Shown: piece after piece, positions 62,980 through 64,000 of the stretch
How the letters are laid out: each line of letters starts with the position of its first letter
Position numbering within the stretch: position 1 is the stretch's first letter
Source of the DNA: the human T2T-CHM13v2.0 reference genome, Homo sapiens
Length of the DNA: 64,000 bases
Direction: 5' to 3' (one strand)
Assembly (NCBI RefSeq): GCF_009914755.1
Contig: NC_060943.1
Translations under genes and position numbers: made by a program
Notes under the pieces: generated by a model
What the model saw: the letters and a program-made list of their open reading frames with translations, nothing else
What the model was told of the DNA's origin: nothing
Database searches by the model: none

Positions 62980-63750
62980 GTAACAAATTTCTGGGCTGAA
63001 AATCTCAGCCTTCCTTGCAGGTCAACAAGATAGAAGTGATATTTATATGAGTAGGAGATTTACGAAATCCATTTTTCCTGTCTTTTTTTCCGTGCCTACA
63101 ATGTGGACATCTAAGCTGGAGCTCCGTTACTCTCATGGGGACTTTGAGAATGGTATCTGGGTGTTATGGATCATGGAGCAGAAATACAGAAGGAGTCTGC
63201 AACCCTGATGACTTTGTGGAACAGCCATACTAGCTCTGGTCTGCTTGCCTCCTGTTTCTCTTTAAATAAAATTAAACATCTTATTTGTTGATGCTATTGT
63301 AGTTCTGTTATTGACAATAAAAATTCTTAAGGATATAAAATTTTGTACCTGGAAGTGGGATGCTATGGGTAAAAGAAATCTCAAATGGGGTATTGACTTA
63401 GGGCCATTGAGAATGAGGAACTGCCCAAATTAAGCTAGGAATTTGAAGATTCTTGTTTTAATAGGCAGGATGTTTTGTCACTGCCTCCCACTCTTACAAG
63501 CATGCTTTATATCAGTTGATGCTATAATGTTAGAGGAAATGCTAGAAGTGATTCAGAATATGTGTGTTGCATGTTTCTTGCTGCTTTCAGTAATGTCTTG
63601 TGAACGAGATAAATTTAGAGTAGAGCTAGGCAGCCCACTAGCAGCAATTGAAAGCAATATTGCTTTGGTAAGATGTTATCTATGATGGCAAGCCCTCAAT
63701 CCTCCACCCTTAATCCACTTACAGTGATTTAATGTGACAACCTGAACAAG
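62980..63750 (+). mobile_element. Old MaLR (MLT1-like LTR followed by internal sequence)
   Basis: CCCTGATGACTTTGTGGAACAGCCATACTAGCTCTGG LTR-like motif, then TTGTACCTGGAAGTGGGATGCT resembling the MLT-int start. Confidence 0.5.
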
Positions 63751-64000
63751 AAATCAGACCACTGCCAATGCATACAAAGGCAGTCTGCTAGTAAATATGG
63801 TTATGTTTTCCTCACAGGAGCCTATTGTTCTAAAAGTAGTCAGTTATTAGGTACTTAATATATTCCAGCCACTATCTTAGGTGTTTTGGATATTTGTCAG
63901 TGAACAATTCTAACAGGAGGAGATAATCATACACACAGAGTATGTTAGAATATAAGTGTTATGGGGAAAAAGTCATTGAAAAGACAATGGGAGGGATATG

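Overview
Human (primate) genomic DNA, AT-rich and mostly transposable elements. It contains the complete KRAB zinc-finger gene ZNF420 (Apak) on the + strand. The gene has a CpG-island promoter with two tandem ZNF143-type motifs (~11.3-11.4 kb), a non-coding exon 1, a probable small exon 2, an ATG exon (22106-22114), a 127-nt KRAB-A exon (23966-24092) and a zinc-finger exon (60102-62032). The spliced CDS is 2067 nt = 688 aa with 19 C2H2 fingers and no KRAB-B exon. The 36-kb last intron holds a nested cluster: one ancient L2 is interrupted by a 5'-truncated L1PA (-), by an Alu (+) that is itself split by a 9.5-kb type-2 HERV-K(HML-2) 'OLD' provirus (-, 39617-49135), and by a full-length L1PA4-like element (+, 49441-~55590) head-to-head with the provirus. 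All retroviral and L1 ORFs are disrupted. I see no unambiguous new biological system. The best leads are regulatory: (i) an L1-antisense-promoter/HERV-K read-through unit, whose 5' LTR has lost its AATAAA while the 3' LTR keeps it; (ii) a copy-specific GTAAGT donor in the sense L1 5'UTR that could yield a KRAB-less, Ser68-less ZNF420; (iii) a 20-nt microinversion in L1 ORF0; (iv) an exon-2 ATG that is either a uORF or an alternative N-terminus depending on splicing; (v) a candidate divergent spliced transcript. Repeat subfamily names and consensus comparisons come from memory, not a database search. Repeat boundaries are approximate unless TSDs are quoted.
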